Below are positions 1 through 9,685 of a stretch of 64,000 nt of DNA, piece by piece. The DNA lies in NCBI GenBank assembly GCA_902606835.1, contig CACLHW010000004.1:12676-76675 (forward strand). The letters are read 5' to 3'. Every line of letters starts with the position of its first letter. Within the stretch, counting starts at the first letter, position 1. This DNA comes from an uncultured Pelagibacteraceae bacterium. GTDB lineage: Bacteria; Pseudomonadota; Alphaproteobacteria; Pelagibacterales; Pelagibacteraceae. The notes under the pieces were generated by a model, which made no database searches, was not told the origin of the DNA, and worked only from the letters and a program-made list of their open reading frames with translations. Made by a program: the position numbers and the translations under genes.

Positions 1-37
1 CTATACTTCCTAGCATTAAACTTATTATTTTTTTCAT
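1..37 (-). CDS. 5' end of a gene that runs off the left edge (MKKIISLMLGSI..., signal-peptide-like)
   Basis: Minus-strand ATG (plus-strand 'cat' at 35-37) opens MKKIISLMLGSI and continues to position 1. Only 12 codons are visible. Confidence 0.25.
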   Translation of the reverse strand, partial: MKKIISLMLGSI

Positions 38-196
38 ATTTTCCTCTTAATAATTATTAAGTTATGAACAACATTTAAAATGAAAATCATAGATAAGTAA
101 AACAAAATTAATTACTACCCCAGGTTGCATAAACTAATTTTTTATTGGTAGTTTTGCGTTAAATGATAGTTTACAAATTATTTTATACTAAAAATT

Positions 197-1534
197 ATGA
201 GTTCAACAGATACATCAAAAATACCTAATTCTTTACAAGAACATTGGATGCCATTTACATCCAATAAAGATTTTAAAGAAAATCCAAGATTAATTACTGA
301 AGCAAAAGGTGTTTATTTAAAAAACCATCAAGGAAAAACGCAAATTGATGCTAGCTCAGGATTATTTTGTAATCCTTTGGGGCACGGTAGAAAAGAAATA
401 ACAGAAGCTGTTGCAAAACAATTAGAACAATTAGATTATGTTCAGCCTTTTCAACAAGGATTTGGTGGTTCTTTTGAATTAGCTAGAAGAATATCAAAAC
501 ATACTCCAGGAAATTTAAATAGAATTTTTTATACTATTTGCGGATCAACAGCAGTTGAAACGGCAATAAAAATTGTAATTGCTTATCACAAGGCAAAAGG
601 GCAAGGCCAGAGATTTCGTTTTGTAGGCAGAGAACGTGCTTATCACGGAATGAATATTGGAGCTACATCTGTAGGGGGGATGATTAATAATGTTAAAACT
701 TTTGCTAGCATCTTAATGCCAGGCGTAGTTCATATGAGACATACTCATCTACCAGATCATAAATTTGTTAGAGGACAACCATCAACTGGAGCAGAAATGG
801 CCGAAGATTTAGAACGTATATGTACTAATTTTGGTTCTGAAAATATTGCAGCCTGCATTGTTGAACCTGTTGCAGGGTCAACAGGAACATTAGTGCCACC
901 AAAAGGTTATTTAAAAAGATTAAGAGAGATTTGTGATAAGCATGGAATTATTTTAATTTTTGATGAAGTAATTACAGGATGGGGAAGAATGGGTTCAGCT
1001 TTTGCTTCTCAGGAATTTGGAGTTACTCCAGATGTTATGACAATGGCTAAAGCCACTACGAATGGTGTTGTACCAATGGGAGTTGTTGCGGTTAAAGAGG
1101 AAATTTACAACGCAGTTATGGATTCCGCTCCAAAGGGAGCAGTAGAACTATTTCATGGTTATACATATTCAGGAATTCCAATTGCTGTTGCTGCTGCATT
1201 AGCTGTCCAAAATATTTTTGAAAAAGAAGATATTTTTAAAAGATCAAAAGAAATGTCACCATATTTTTTAGACGGTTTATTTTCATTAAAAGATTTAGAT
1301 GCAGTAGACAATATCAGAGGGTATGGAATGATGGGTGGTATTGACATAAAATTAAAAGAAAAACCAGGAAGAGCAGGCTATGAATGTTTTAAGACATGCT
1401 ACGAAGCAGGGATCAATTTTAAAGCTACTGGAGATTGTCTAATAATAGCTCCTCAATTTATTTGTGAAAAAAAACATATAGATGAAATAATTGAAAAATT
1501 AAGAACTGGTATTTCAAATTATATGAAAAAGTAG
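197..1534 (+). CDS. Class III PLP-dependent aminotransferase, omega-amino acid (beta-alanine/taurine-type):pyruvate transaminase family
   Basis: 445-aa ORF with class III aminotransferase hallmarks: DEVITGWGRMG, PLP-lysine context MTMAKATTNG, and YTYSGIP. Substrate cannot be assigned by eye. Confidence 0.85.
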   Translation: MSSTDTSKIPNSLQEHWMPFTSNKDFKENPRLITEAKGVYLKNHQGKTQIDASSGLFCNPLGHGRKEITEAVAKQLEQLDYVQPFQQGFGGSFELARRISKHTPGNLNRIFYTICGSTAVETAIKIVIAYHKAKGQGQRFRFVGRERAYHGMNIGATSVGGMINNVKTFASILMPGVVHMRHTHLPDHKFVRGQPSTGAEMAEDLERICTNFGSENIAACIVEPVAGSTGTLVPPKGYLKRLREICDKHGIILIFDEVITGWGRMGSAFASQEFGVTPDVMTMAKATTNGVVPMGVVAVKEEIYNAVMDSAPKGAVELFHGYTYSGIPIAVAAALAVQNIFEKEDIFKRSKEMSPYFLDGLFSLKDLDAVDNIRGYGMMGGIDIKLKEKPGRAGYECFKTCYEAGINFKATGDCLIIAPQFICEKKHIDEIIEKLRTGISNYMKK

Positions 1535-1536
1535 TT

Positions 1537-2658
1537 ATGCGTATCGGAGTTCCTAAAGAAACTAAACCACAGGAGAATCGAGTAGGATTGACACCGGACA
1601 GCGTCAAAGTTTTATCATCAAATGGGCATGAAGTTTTAGTAGAAAGTAATAGCGGTTTTGAAGCTGGATTTGATGACGATCAATATAAAAAGTTTGGCGC
1701 AAAAATTGTAAAAAACGCTGAAGATATATTTAATGATTCCGAAATCATTGTTAAAGTTAAAGAACCTCTAAAAAATGAGATAGCAATGATTAAGGAGAAT
1801 CAAATTGTTTTCACTTATCTCCATTTAGCAGCTGCTAAAGAATTAACAGAGGGTTTAGTCAACTCCAAGTCTGTTTGCATAGCATATGAAACAGTTACAG
1901 ATAATTATGGTAGATTGCCATTATTAGCTCCTATGAGCGCAGTAGCGGGAAGAATGTCAATTCAAGCTGGTGCTCATTCTCTCGAAAAAAATCAAAAAGG
2001 CAGAGGATTGTTATTAGGAGGTGCTCCAGGTGTTGACCCAGGAACTGTAGTAATTCTTGGTGGGGGAGTAGTTGGAGAAAATGCTGCACTTATTGCTACG
2101 GGAATGAAATCTAAAGTTTATGTGGTAGATAAGTCTCAAAAAAGATTAGAAGAATTAAAAAAAACTTTTGGAGATTCTATTACTCCTATGTTAAGTGAAA
2201 AAACTAATTTAGAAAAATTAATTACAGAATGCGATTTATTGATTGGTGGTGTATTAATTCCAGGAGCCGAAGCTCCAAAGTTGATAACAAAAAAAATGTT
2301 AAAATTCATGAAAAGAGGATCAGTAATAGTTGATGTTGCAATTGATCAAGGAGGATGTGTTGAAACTAGCAAACCAACGACTCATGCTAACCCAACATAT
2401 ATTGTTGATAATGTTGTGCATTATTGTGTTGCAAATATGCCTGGTGGAGTTCCTAGAACTTCAACAATTGCGCTTAACAAAGCTACCCTTCCTTTTCTAT
2501 CTAAATTAGCAAGCAAAGGTTATCAAAAAGCTCTTACAGAAGATAAAAACTTTTTAGAAGGTCTAAATGTATTTAAAGGACAAGTTACATACAAAGCTGT
2601 AGCAGATGTATTTGGTCATAAATATATATCCCCAAATGAAGCTTTAACAAATGTATAA
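1537..2658 (+). CDS. ald: L-alanine dehydrogenase
   Basis: 373 aa. The N-terminus MRIGVPKETKPQENRVGLTP and NAD fold VILGGGVVGENAA are typical of Ald. It starts 3 nt after the aminotransferase stop. Confidence 0.9.
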   Translation: MRIGVPKETKPQENRVGLTPDSVKVLSSNGHEVLVESNSGFEAGFDDDQYKKFGAKIVKNAEDIFNDSEIIVKVKEPLKNEIAMIKENQIVFTYLHLAAAKELTEGLVNSKSVCIAYETVTDNYGRLPLLAPMSAVAGRMSIQAGAHSLEKNQKGRGLLLGGAPGVDPGTVVILGGGVVGENAALIATGMKSKVYVVDKSQKRLEELKKTFGDSITPMLSEKTNLEKLITECDLLIGGVLIPGAEAPKLITKKMLKFMKRGSVIVDVAIDQGGCVETSKPTTHANPTYIVDNVVHYCVANMPGGVPRTSTIALNKATLPFLSKLASKGYQKALTEDKNFLEGLNVFKGQVTYKAVADVFGHKYISPNEALTNV

Positions 2659-3079
2659 ACCTTTACCAAATTTCCTAACTATTAAAAAATCTCCAATAGA
2701 AGGCTTAGGCTTATATGCAACTACAAATATTAAAGCTAATTGCTTTATAGGATTAACTCATGTTCAAGATGATAACTTTGAGAATGGGTATATAAGGACA
2801 CCTTTAGGAGGTTTTTATAATCACTCTAACGATCCTAATGTCCGAAGAATTATTTCAGACAATTTGCCTAAATTAAAATGTGGAGATCCTATTGATGAGT
2901 CTTTAGATGTATCAAAAATACCCGACGGAAAAGCTAACAGAGAAAATTTATATCCAAAAGTACAAGGAAAATATATGTTTTTAGTTTCAATTAAAGATAT
3001 AAAACCAGGTGATGAATTGACCGCAAACTATAATCTTTACACATATCCCAAGACAGGTATAGGTTTGCAAGCATTATAA
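2651..3079 (+). CDS. Minimal SET-domain protein (putative protein-lysine methyltransferase)
   Basis: 142 aa. The ATG overlaps the ald stop (ATGTATAA). SET motifs are GLGLYAT (GxG), YNHSNDPN (NHS/CxxPN) and ELTANY. Confidence 0.7.
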   Translation: MYKPLPNFLTIKKSPIEGLGLYATTNIKANCFIGLTHVQDDNFENGYIRTPLGGFYNHSNDPNVRRIISDNLPKLKCGDPIDESLDVSKIPDGKANRENLYPKVQGKYMFLVSIKDIKPGDELTANYNLYTYPKTGIGLQAL

Positions 3080-3107
3080 TATTATTAAAACATAAAATTT
3101 TAATTGA

Positions 3108-4358
3108 ATGAAAAAAAATTTCTTAATTTTTTTGGCCTGGTTAATTACAATACTTATTTCAAGTATATATGTACATGAAAACCCAGAAAGTATAGAAAAA
3201 GTAAAAAGTCGTTTTAAAAATGAAAAAAATTTAGTCCTCGGAGCTGAAGTAGGAGAAATTTTAAGAACTCCAGGAAACTCATTTATGCTTGAATTTACAA
3301 AAAAGATTTCTTTTTCTGAAAAGACTGCTTTTATTACTCATAAAGAAAATTCTAAGAATTTTGACAAGAGTTTACTGCAAATATATTTCCAAAATGGAGA
3401 TTTGTATAAAAATTCTAAGACCCAAAAAATTAATTTACCAAAAAGCTTTACCGTTACAAAAAACGGTGGAATAAAAACTGTTTTTATCTATAAGGATAAT
3501 GAATTTGGTCTTATATCTTCCTTAGAAAAAAATTGCTTCTACGCATCAATAATATTAATAAAAAATGGAAAAGAGATACTTAAAACAAAATGTCTTCCCC
3601 AGAAAAAATTAGATTATAATGGATTGGGAAGTAGCCATATTCATCATAATGGAAAAATATTTTTAAGTATTGGATCTCCTGAACAAGCATCTCTGGAAAT
3701 AAGAAAACTTGCACAAAATAAAGAGTCTCTTTTTGGTAAAATTATAGAAATAGATAAGAAAGATTTGGACCAAATAATAGAAGACAAAAAAAGAGAAATT
3801 ACAGTAAAAATATTTACTTTGGGCCACAGAAATCCACAAGGGCTTACTAAAATTAAAGCAAATTTTTTTGCTGTTGAGCATGGTCCTAAAGGAGGTGATG
3901 AATTAAATAGAATTATAGAAGGCAAAAATTATGGATGGCCAGAAGTTTCTTATGGAACCCAGTATATTTATGACCAAAAAGGAAAATCTTATAAGATAAA
4001 TCATGAAAAATATAAATTTGAAGAACCTCTTTTTGCTTTTGTGCCATCAGTGGGAATTTCTTCATTAAACAATTGCCCAAAAGTTTTAAAAAATTATTAC
4101 AATAAACCTTGTTTACTTGCTTTATCTTTATACGGCAATAGCCTGAGAAGAGGCAGATCTATAATTATATATTTACTTAACAATGCTATGGACAAAATTC
4201 ATTCCATTGAAAAAATTCATTTAAGAGACAATTTAAAGCTTAGGCATTTCGTTACCAATTCAAAAAATGAGTTATATGAAGATATTGACGGAAGTATTTA
4301 TGTATCAGCAGACAATGTGGGTATTTATAAATTAAGTTTTAACTACTTTAGAAATTAA
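3108..4358 (+). CDS. PQQ-dependent sugar (glucose/sorbosone) dehydrogenase-like beta-propeller protein, membrane-anchored or secreted
   Basis: 416 aa with N-terminal hydrophobic segment FLIFLAWLITILISSIYV. Family motifs are GHRNPQGL, EHGPKGGDELN and GKNYGWPEVSYG (YliI/Asd-like). Confidence 0.6.
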   Translation: MKKNFLIFLAWLITILISSIYVHENPESIEKVKSRFKNEKNLVLGAEVGEILRTPGNSFMLEFTKKISFSEKTAFITHKENSKNFDKSLLQIYFQNGDLYKNSKTQKINLPKSFTVTKNGGIKTVFIYKDNEFGLISSLEKNCFYASIILIKNGKEILKTKCLPQKKLDYNGLGSSHIHHNGKIFLSIGSPEQASLEIRKLAQNKESLFGKIIEIDKKDLDQIIEDKKREITVKIFTLGHRNPQGLTKIKANFFAVEHGPKGGDELNRIIEGKNYGWPEVSYGTQYIYDQKGKSYKINHEKYKFEEPLFAFVPSVGISSLNNCPKVLKNYYNKPCLLALSLYGNSLRRGRSIIIYLLNNAMDKIHSIEKIHLRDNLKLRHFVTNSKNELYEDIDGSIYVSADNVGIYKLSFNYFRN

Positions 4359-4917
4359 AGTTTTTTTTTGTATTAAAATTTTTTTTAAAATTTTCATCAT
4401 TAAATTCAATATTAAAAACTCTATTTTTATTTAAATTTATTATTTTTTTTGCACCAAAATCACCATCTACAGACATAATTTCACTTTTCATTACCTTTGA
4501 AAACAATATTGGATTTTCTTGTTGACCTTTATATGTTGGCACAATTATATCATTCTTATTTCTCTCTTTAATTAAACTATTGTAGATATTTGGGTTAACA
4601 AAAGGCATATCTGCATGACATATAAAAAAGAATTCAGTTTTTTCATGAAGGTTACTTATACCTTCTTGAATTGACGTGGACATACCTTTTTCAAAATTTT
4701 TATTAAAAGTAAGTTTAATTTTTTTATTTTTTTCTATAATTTGTTCAACTTTTTCTTTTTGATAACCAAGAACTATAATTAAACTTTCAATTTGACTTGA
4801 TAATATATTATCTACTGAGTATTTTATTAAAGGAATACCTTTAAAATTTTTTACTAGCTTATTTTCATCCTTCATCCTTTTGGACTCCCCTGCGGCAAGC
4901 AAAATAGCTGAAATCAT
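4348..4917 (-). CDS. mocA: MobA-like NTP transferase, probable molybdenum cofactor cytidylyltransferase
   Basis: 189 aa with N-terminal LLAAGESKRM nucleotidyltransferase motif. It is the last gene of the cox-like operon. Its 3' end overlaps the convergent dehydrogenase gene by 11 nt. Confidence 0.65.
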   Translation of the reverse strand: MISAILLAAGESKRMKDENKLVKNFKGIPLIKYSVDNILSSQIESLIIVLGYQKEKVEQIIEKNKKIKLTFNKNFEKGMSTSIQEGISNLHEKTEFFFICHADMPFVNPNIYNSLIKERNKNDIIVPTYKGQQENPILFSKVMKSEIMSVDGDFGAKKIINLNKNRVFNIEFNDENFKKNFNTKKNFNF

Positions 4918-4944
4918 AATAAAATTTTGTTTAAAATATCTTTT

Positions 4945-5625
4945 CTAAGTATTGTAAACTTTAGAAACGAGTTGAGCAATAATTGATAAAGCAATTTCTG
5001 GAGCAGATCTTCCTCCTAATTTAATTCCAATAGGTCCAAAGATTTTATTTATCTCGTTATCACTATATCCTGATTGTTTTAATCTTTCACATCTTTTTGT
5101 GTGAGTATTTTTACTCCCTAAAGCACCAATGTAAAAAAATTTATTTTTTAATGCATGCTGAATTGCTGGATCATCAATTTTGGGATCATGAGTTAATGCT
5201 ATTAAAGCAGTATTTTGATCAGTCTTTATTTGTTTAAATGCTTCATTTGGCCATTCATTAATTATTTTCAGACCAGGAAATCTTTTCTCAGAAGCAAAGT
5301 AACCTCTGGGATCTATTATTAAAATTTCAAAATTTAAATTTTTAGCAAAATCTACTAAATACTGAGCAATGTGAACCGCCCCAACAATAATTACTTTTAT
5401 TGGAAGGATATAAGTTTCAACAAAGATATTTGTACCATCTATAATTCCATTTTTCTTGCTGTTGAATAATAAAAAAATTTTATCCTCATATTTTTTAAAG
5501 TTTTTTTCAACTGGTTTATTTTTTTCAAAAATGAAACTATGACCATTATCTAAATTTGTAATAATTGAGAATTCAATTTTTTTTTTCTTTTTATTTATAA
5601 TTTCTTCTAACAATTTTTTTTTCAT
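4945..5625 (-). CDS. XdhC/CoxI-family molybdoenzyme maturation protein, C-terminal Rossmann-like domain
   Basis: 226 aa with VIIVGAVHIAQYL Rossmann-like segment. The ATG directly abuts the TAA of the upstream XdhC N-domain ORF, in the same frame. Confidence 0.7.
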   Translation of the reverse strand: MKKKLLEEIINKKKKKIEFSIITNLDNGHSFIFEKNKPVEKNFKKYEDKIFLLFNSKKNGIIDGTNIFVETYILPIKVIIVGAVHIAQYLVDFAKNLNFEILIIDPRGYFASEKRFPGLKIINEWPNEAFKQIKTDQNTALIALTHDPKIDDPAIQHALKNKFFYIGALGSKNTHTKRCERLKQSGYSDNEINKIFGPIGIKLGGRSAPEIALSIIAQLVSKVYNT

Positions 5626-5955
5626 TTAACTAATCTGTTCAAGAAATATTTCAATTTCACCACCGCATGCTAATCCAACTTCCCATGCACTTTCATTTGA
5701 TACATTAAATTCAATTTTCTTAAAATTTTTATTTTCTTTAAATAAACTTAAACATTCTCTAACTACAGCAGCCTCAACACATCCACCCGTAACAGATCCA
5801 GAAAAATCTCCTTTATCATTAATAATCATTCTACTTCCAACAGGTCTAGGTGATGAACCCCAAGTTTGAATTACTGTAGCGAGGATGACATTACGTTTTG
5901 TTGCTAACCAATCACTAGCTTCTTCTAGTATTTTTTCATCAAATGAATTTTTCAT
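5626..5955 (-). CDS. XdhC/CoxI-family protein, N-terminal domain only
   Basis: 109 aa with the pattern ATVIQTWGSSPRPVGSRM...GSVTGGCVE typical of the XdhC_CoxI N-domain. Confidence 0.7.
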   Translation of the reverse strand: MKNSFDEKILEEASDWLATKRNVILATVIQTWGSSPRPVGSRMIINDKGDFSGSVTGGCVEAAVVRECLSLFKENKNFKKIEFNVSNESAWEVGLACGGEIEIFLEQIS

Positions 5956-5977
5956 TTGAGATAGTTTAAATTAAAAA

Positions 5978-6763
5978 TTAGCAGCTAGAAACAGCTTTTC
6001 TGGCCATTACTTTAATAATATGGGCTCTATATTCTGGAGATGCGTGTATATCTGAATTTAAGCCTTTGCTAGTAATGTTTACATTTTCTATAGCTGAAGC
6101 TGAAAAGTTTTTAGATAAAACCGATTCAAGTTCTTTTGATCTAAAAACACTACTTCCAGCACCTGTAACAGCAACTCTTACTTCTTTTTTTAGTTTTGCT
6201 ACGTAAACACCTACCAAAGCATATCTTGAAGCTGGATTTGGAAATTTTGCATAAGCTGATTTTTCCGGTACTTCAAATTCAATTGTTTCTATTAATTCAC
6301 CTTTTTTTAGTTCCGTTTCAAACATTCCAGTAAAAAATTTATCTGATAAAATTTTTCTTTTGTTTGTATGTATTGTTGCATTCAGTGCTAGACAAGCTGA
6401 TGGGTAGTCTGCAGCTGGATCGTTATTTGCTATTGATCCTCCTATTGTTCCTCTATTTCTTACTTGTGGATCTCCAATACCTTCTGCAAGCATAGAAAGC
6501 GATGGAATTGATTTTCCAACTTCTTTTGAAGCAGCAACTTCTGCATGTGTAGTCGTTGAACCTATTCTTATTGATTTGCTAGAAACTTTAATACCTGAAA
6601 GTCCCTTAATTTTTTTAATGTTTATTAGATCAGAATATGCCGCTAACCGTAGTTTCATTGCTGGTAATAGTGTCATTCCTCCAGCAAGGTATGTAGCTCT
6701 ACCAGTCGCTAGTTTAGCTGCATCTTTTGAATTTGTTGCTGATTTAAAATTAAAACTTTTCAT
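5978..6763 (-). CDS. coxM: Molybdopterin dehydrogenase FAD-binding medium subunit (CoxM-like)
   Basis: 261 aa with FAD-binding motifs YLAGGMTLLP and RNRGTIGGSIAN. It follows the large subunit by 3 nt. Confidence 0.85.
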   Translation of the reverse strand: MKSFNFKSATNSKDAAKLATGRATYLAGGMTLLPAMKLRLAAYSDLINIKKIKGLSGIKVSSKSIRIGSTTTHAEVAASKEVGKSIPSLSMLAEGIGDPQVRNRGTIGGSIANNDPAADYPSACLALNATIHTNKRKILSDKFFTGMFETELKKGELIETIEFEVPEKSAYAKFPNPASRYALVGVYVAKLKKEVRVAVTGAGSSVFRSKELESVLSKNFSASAIENVNITSKGLNSDIHASPEYRAHIIKVMARKAVSSC

Positions 6764-6766
6764 AGC

Positions 6767-9139
6767 TTATGCTGCTGCTTTCTTTGATCCATTTTTTTTC
6801 AAAGCATTCCAAACTTTTTCTGATGTAGCTGGCATAGATATATCACTACCAACTGCATCAATTACTGCATTCATCACAGCTGCGGGGGCTGCAATTGTGC
6901 CAGCTTCACCGCATCCTTTAGCACCTATCGGATTAGAAGTCGCTGGAGTGCAAGTATAATCAATTGTAATTTGAGGAAAATTATCTGCTCTTGGCATTGT
7001 ATAATCCATGTATGATGCAGATGTTAATTGACCAGATTCATCATAGTGTGCATTTTCATATAAAGCTTGCCCAACTCCTTGAGCTACACCACCATATACT
7101 TGACCTTCAACAATCATAGGATTTATTACTGTTCCAAAATCATCTACTACAGTATATTTAACTAATTTAGTTTCTCCTGTCTCTTCATCAACTTCAACTT
7201 CACAAATATGTGAGCCTGAAGGAAATGAAAAATTAGAAGGATCAAAAAAAGAAGTTTCAATCAAACCCGGTTCTACTCCCTCAGGAAGTGGAGATTTAAC
7301 ATCCCCAAATGTTCCTGGCAAGTAACAAGCAAATGCTATTTCGCCAATTGTTTTCTTTTTATTTGAATTTTTCAATATAAATTCTCCAGCTTTAAAATCT
7401 ATATCTTCTGGCTTGCCTTCAAGCATTTTTGCAGCAACTTTTTTACCTTTCGCAATAATTTTATCACATGCATTAACAATCGCCGTTCCTCCAACAGCAA
7501 GTGATCTTGATCCGTAGGTTCCCATACCAAAAGGACCTTTGTCAGTATCTCCGTGGACAATATCTATATTTTCAATAGCAACACCTAGTTTATCACCAAC
7601 GATTTGAGCAAAAGTTGTATCATGACTTTGTCCATGGCTATGAGTTCCGGTAAAGACAGAAACATTTCCAGTGGGATTAAATCTTACTTCAGCCGATTCC
7701 CATAAGCCTACTCCAGCACCGATCGACATTACTACAGCTGACGGCGCAACTCCGCACGCTTCAAAATAGGTAGAAAAACCTATACCTCTTAATTTTCCTT
7801 TTTTTGCAGACTGCGATCTTCTATTTTCAAAATTTTTATAATCTGCTAACTCAAGCGCTTTGTCCAAATGAGCGTTATAATCACCTGAATCAATATTATG
7901 TACTAAACATTGCTGATGTGGAAACTTGGTAATAAAGTTTTTCTTTCTAAACTCTGCTTGATCCATTCCAATTTCCTTTGCGGCTTTAGTAACTATTCTT
8001 TCTATTACATATGTCGCTTCTGGTCTGCCCGCTCCTCTGTAAGCATCAGTTGGTGCTGTATTTGTATAAACACCTTTAACAGTACAACATGCTGCTGGGA
8101 TATCATAAATTCCTAAAATCAAAGGTGCGTATAAATAAGTTGGTGTAACAGCAGCTAGAACTAAAGAATAAGCTCCTAAATTTGCAATAGTGTCAACTTT
8201 CATACCTATTATTTTTCCATCGTTTTTAAGTGCTAGTTGAGCGTGGGTAACATGATCTCTCCCATGGTTATCCGACATAAATGATTCACTTCTTTCAGCT
8301 ACCCATTTAACTGGTCTTCCAATTTTTTTAGATGCATAGGAAACGACCACATCTTCAGCATAAACATTAATTTTTGATCCAAAACCTCCACCTACATCAG
8401 GAGATACAATTCTAAATTTATGTTCTGGATGTACAGCATTAAAAGCAGACATAATTAATCTATCCAAATGAGGATTTTGACTTGCTGTATATAAAGTTAA
8501 TTCATCTGAGGATGTATTATAGTCACCAATAGCAGCTCTTGGCTCCATAGCGTTTGGTATTAATCTATTATTTATTATATCAAGTTTAACAATTTTATCA
8601 GCTTTAGAAAAAGCTTCATCAGTTTTTCCTTTATCCCCTAATAAAAAATCAAAAGACAAATTGTTATCAATTCCTTCATGGATAGTTTCAAAGCTGGTAG
8701 CATCCTCTGTTTTAGTTACTGCCTTTTGAACTTTATAACTCACGTTAACTAGTTCTGCAGCATTTTTTGCTTGTTCAAGTGTTTCCGCAACAACTACAGC
8801 TACATGATCACCTACAAAATTTACTGAATCTTTTGCTAAAACCGGATGAGGTGGACATTTCATATCTTTTCCGTCGTGACTTACAATTTTCCAACCACAT
8901 ATTAATCCTCCAATTTTATCCAAAGCAACACTATCTCCTGTGAAAACATCTATAACACCCGGAGCTTTCATTGCCTTAGAATGATCAACTTTAGTGATCT
9001 TTGCTCTTGCGTGCGGAGAGCGAACAAAATACGCATAAGATTGGTTTGGTAGATTAATATCCGCTGTGTATCTTCCTTTGCCTGTAAGAAATTTTTTATC
9101 TTCTTTCCTCTCTAATCTTGCCCCAACTAAATTTGCCAT
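6767..9139 (-). CDS. coxL: Aerobic-type CO dehydrogenase/xanthine dehydrogenase-family large molybdopterin subunit, form II (CoxL-like)
   Basis: 790 aa. The active-site loop reads AYRGAGR (encoded at 8024-8044), which is the form II signature rather than the form I AYxCSFR. Confidence 0.9.
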   Translation of the reverse strand: MANLVGARLERKEDKKFLTGKGRYTADINLPNQSYAYFVRSPHARAKITKVDHSKAMKAPGVIDVFTGDSVALDKIGGLICGWKIVSHDGKDMKCPPHPVLAKDSVNFVGDHVAVVVAETLEQAKNAAELVNVSYKVQKAVTKTEDATSFETIHEGIDNNLSFDFLLGDKGKTDEAFSKADKIVKLDIINNRLIPNAMEPRAAIGDYNTSSDELTLYTASQNPHLDRLIMSAFNAVHPEHKFRIVSPDVGGGFGSKINVYAEDVVVSYASKKIGRPVKWVAERSESFMSDNHGRDHVTHAQLALKNDGKIIGMKVDTIANLGAYSLVLAAVTPTYLYAPLILGIYDIPAACCTVKGVYTNTAPTDAYRGAGRPEATYVIERIVTKAAKEIGMDQAEFRKKNFITKFPHQQCLVHNIDSGDYNAHLDKALELADYKNFENRRSQSAKKGKLRGIGFSTYFEACGVAPSAVVMSIGAGVGLWESAEVRFNPTGNVSVFTGTHSHGQSHDTTFAQIVGDKLGVAIENIDIVHGDTDKGPFGMGTYGSRSLAVGGTAIVNACDKIIAKGKKVAAKMLEGKPEDIDFKAGEFILKNSNKKKTIGEIAFACYLPGTFGDVKSPLPEGVEPGLIETSFFDPSNFSFPSGSHICEVEVDEETGETKLVKYTVVDDFGTVINPMIVEGQVYGGVAQGVGQALYENAHYDESGQLTSASYMDYTMPRADNFPQITIDYTCTPATSNPIGAKGCGEAGTIAAPAAVMNAVIDAVGSDISMPATSEKVWNALKKNGSKKAAA

Positions 9140-9151
9140 ATTCTTATCCTT

Positions 9152-9613
9152 CTACATTTTTGAAGCTGCATCTTTAACAGCAGCAACAATACCTTGATAA
9201 CCTGTGCAACGACACAAGTTACCTTCTAGCCAATCTCTTATTTCTTGTTCACTAGGGTTTTTCTTTTTTTGTAATAAATCAACTGCACTCATAACCATAC
9301 CAGGTGTGCAAAAACCACATTGTAAACCATGATGTTTTTTAAAAGCTTCCTGCATAGGATGCATTTTTCCGTTTTTTGCTAATCCTTCTATCGTAGTAAT
9401 TTCAGAACCATCGCAATCAGCAGCTAAAGTAGTGCAGCTCTTTACTGAATTTCCATTTAAATGAACAACGCAAGCTCCACATTGTGATGTGTCGCATCCT
9501 ACATGTGTGCCAGTAAGATTTAATAAGTTTCTTAAAAAATCAGATAAAATTACGTTATCTGGAACTTCTTTTGAAATTTTTTTTCCGTTAACTTTTAAAT
9601 TTATTACTGCCAT
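9152..9613 (-). CDS. coxS: [2Fe-2S]-binding small subunit (CoxS-like)
   Basis: 153 aa with two cluster motifs, [11 protein letters not shown] and CGFCTPGM...CRCTGY. A strong SD (GGGGGAGGA) lies upstream. Confidence 0.9.
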   Translation of the reverse strand: MAVINLKVNGKKISKEVPDNVILSDFLRNLLNLTGTHVGCDTSQCGACVVHLNGNSVKSCTTLAADCDGSEITTIEGLAKNGKMHPMQEAFKKHHGLQCGFCTPGMVMSAVDLLQKKKNPSEQEIRDWLEGNLCRCTGYQGIVAAVKDAASKM

Positions 9614-9685
9614 TATCCTCCCCCAAAAATAATACCAAGTAACTCATTTATTAGAACTTAATAAAGGGAATAGATCAACCAGAAT

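Noticed and set aside
6576-6959. 127-aa plus-strand ORF across the coxM/coxL junction
   Set aside because: It lies entirely antisense to two strongly supported genes. It is low-complexity (A/S/I/F-rich) with no recognisable motif, so I treat it as a shadow ORF.
6767-9139. Calling the cluster a genuine carbon monoxide dehydrogenase (CO oxidation)
   Set aside because: The active-site loop is AYRGAGR and the gene order is S-L-M, both form II features. CO oxidation is not established for this form, so only the family is called.
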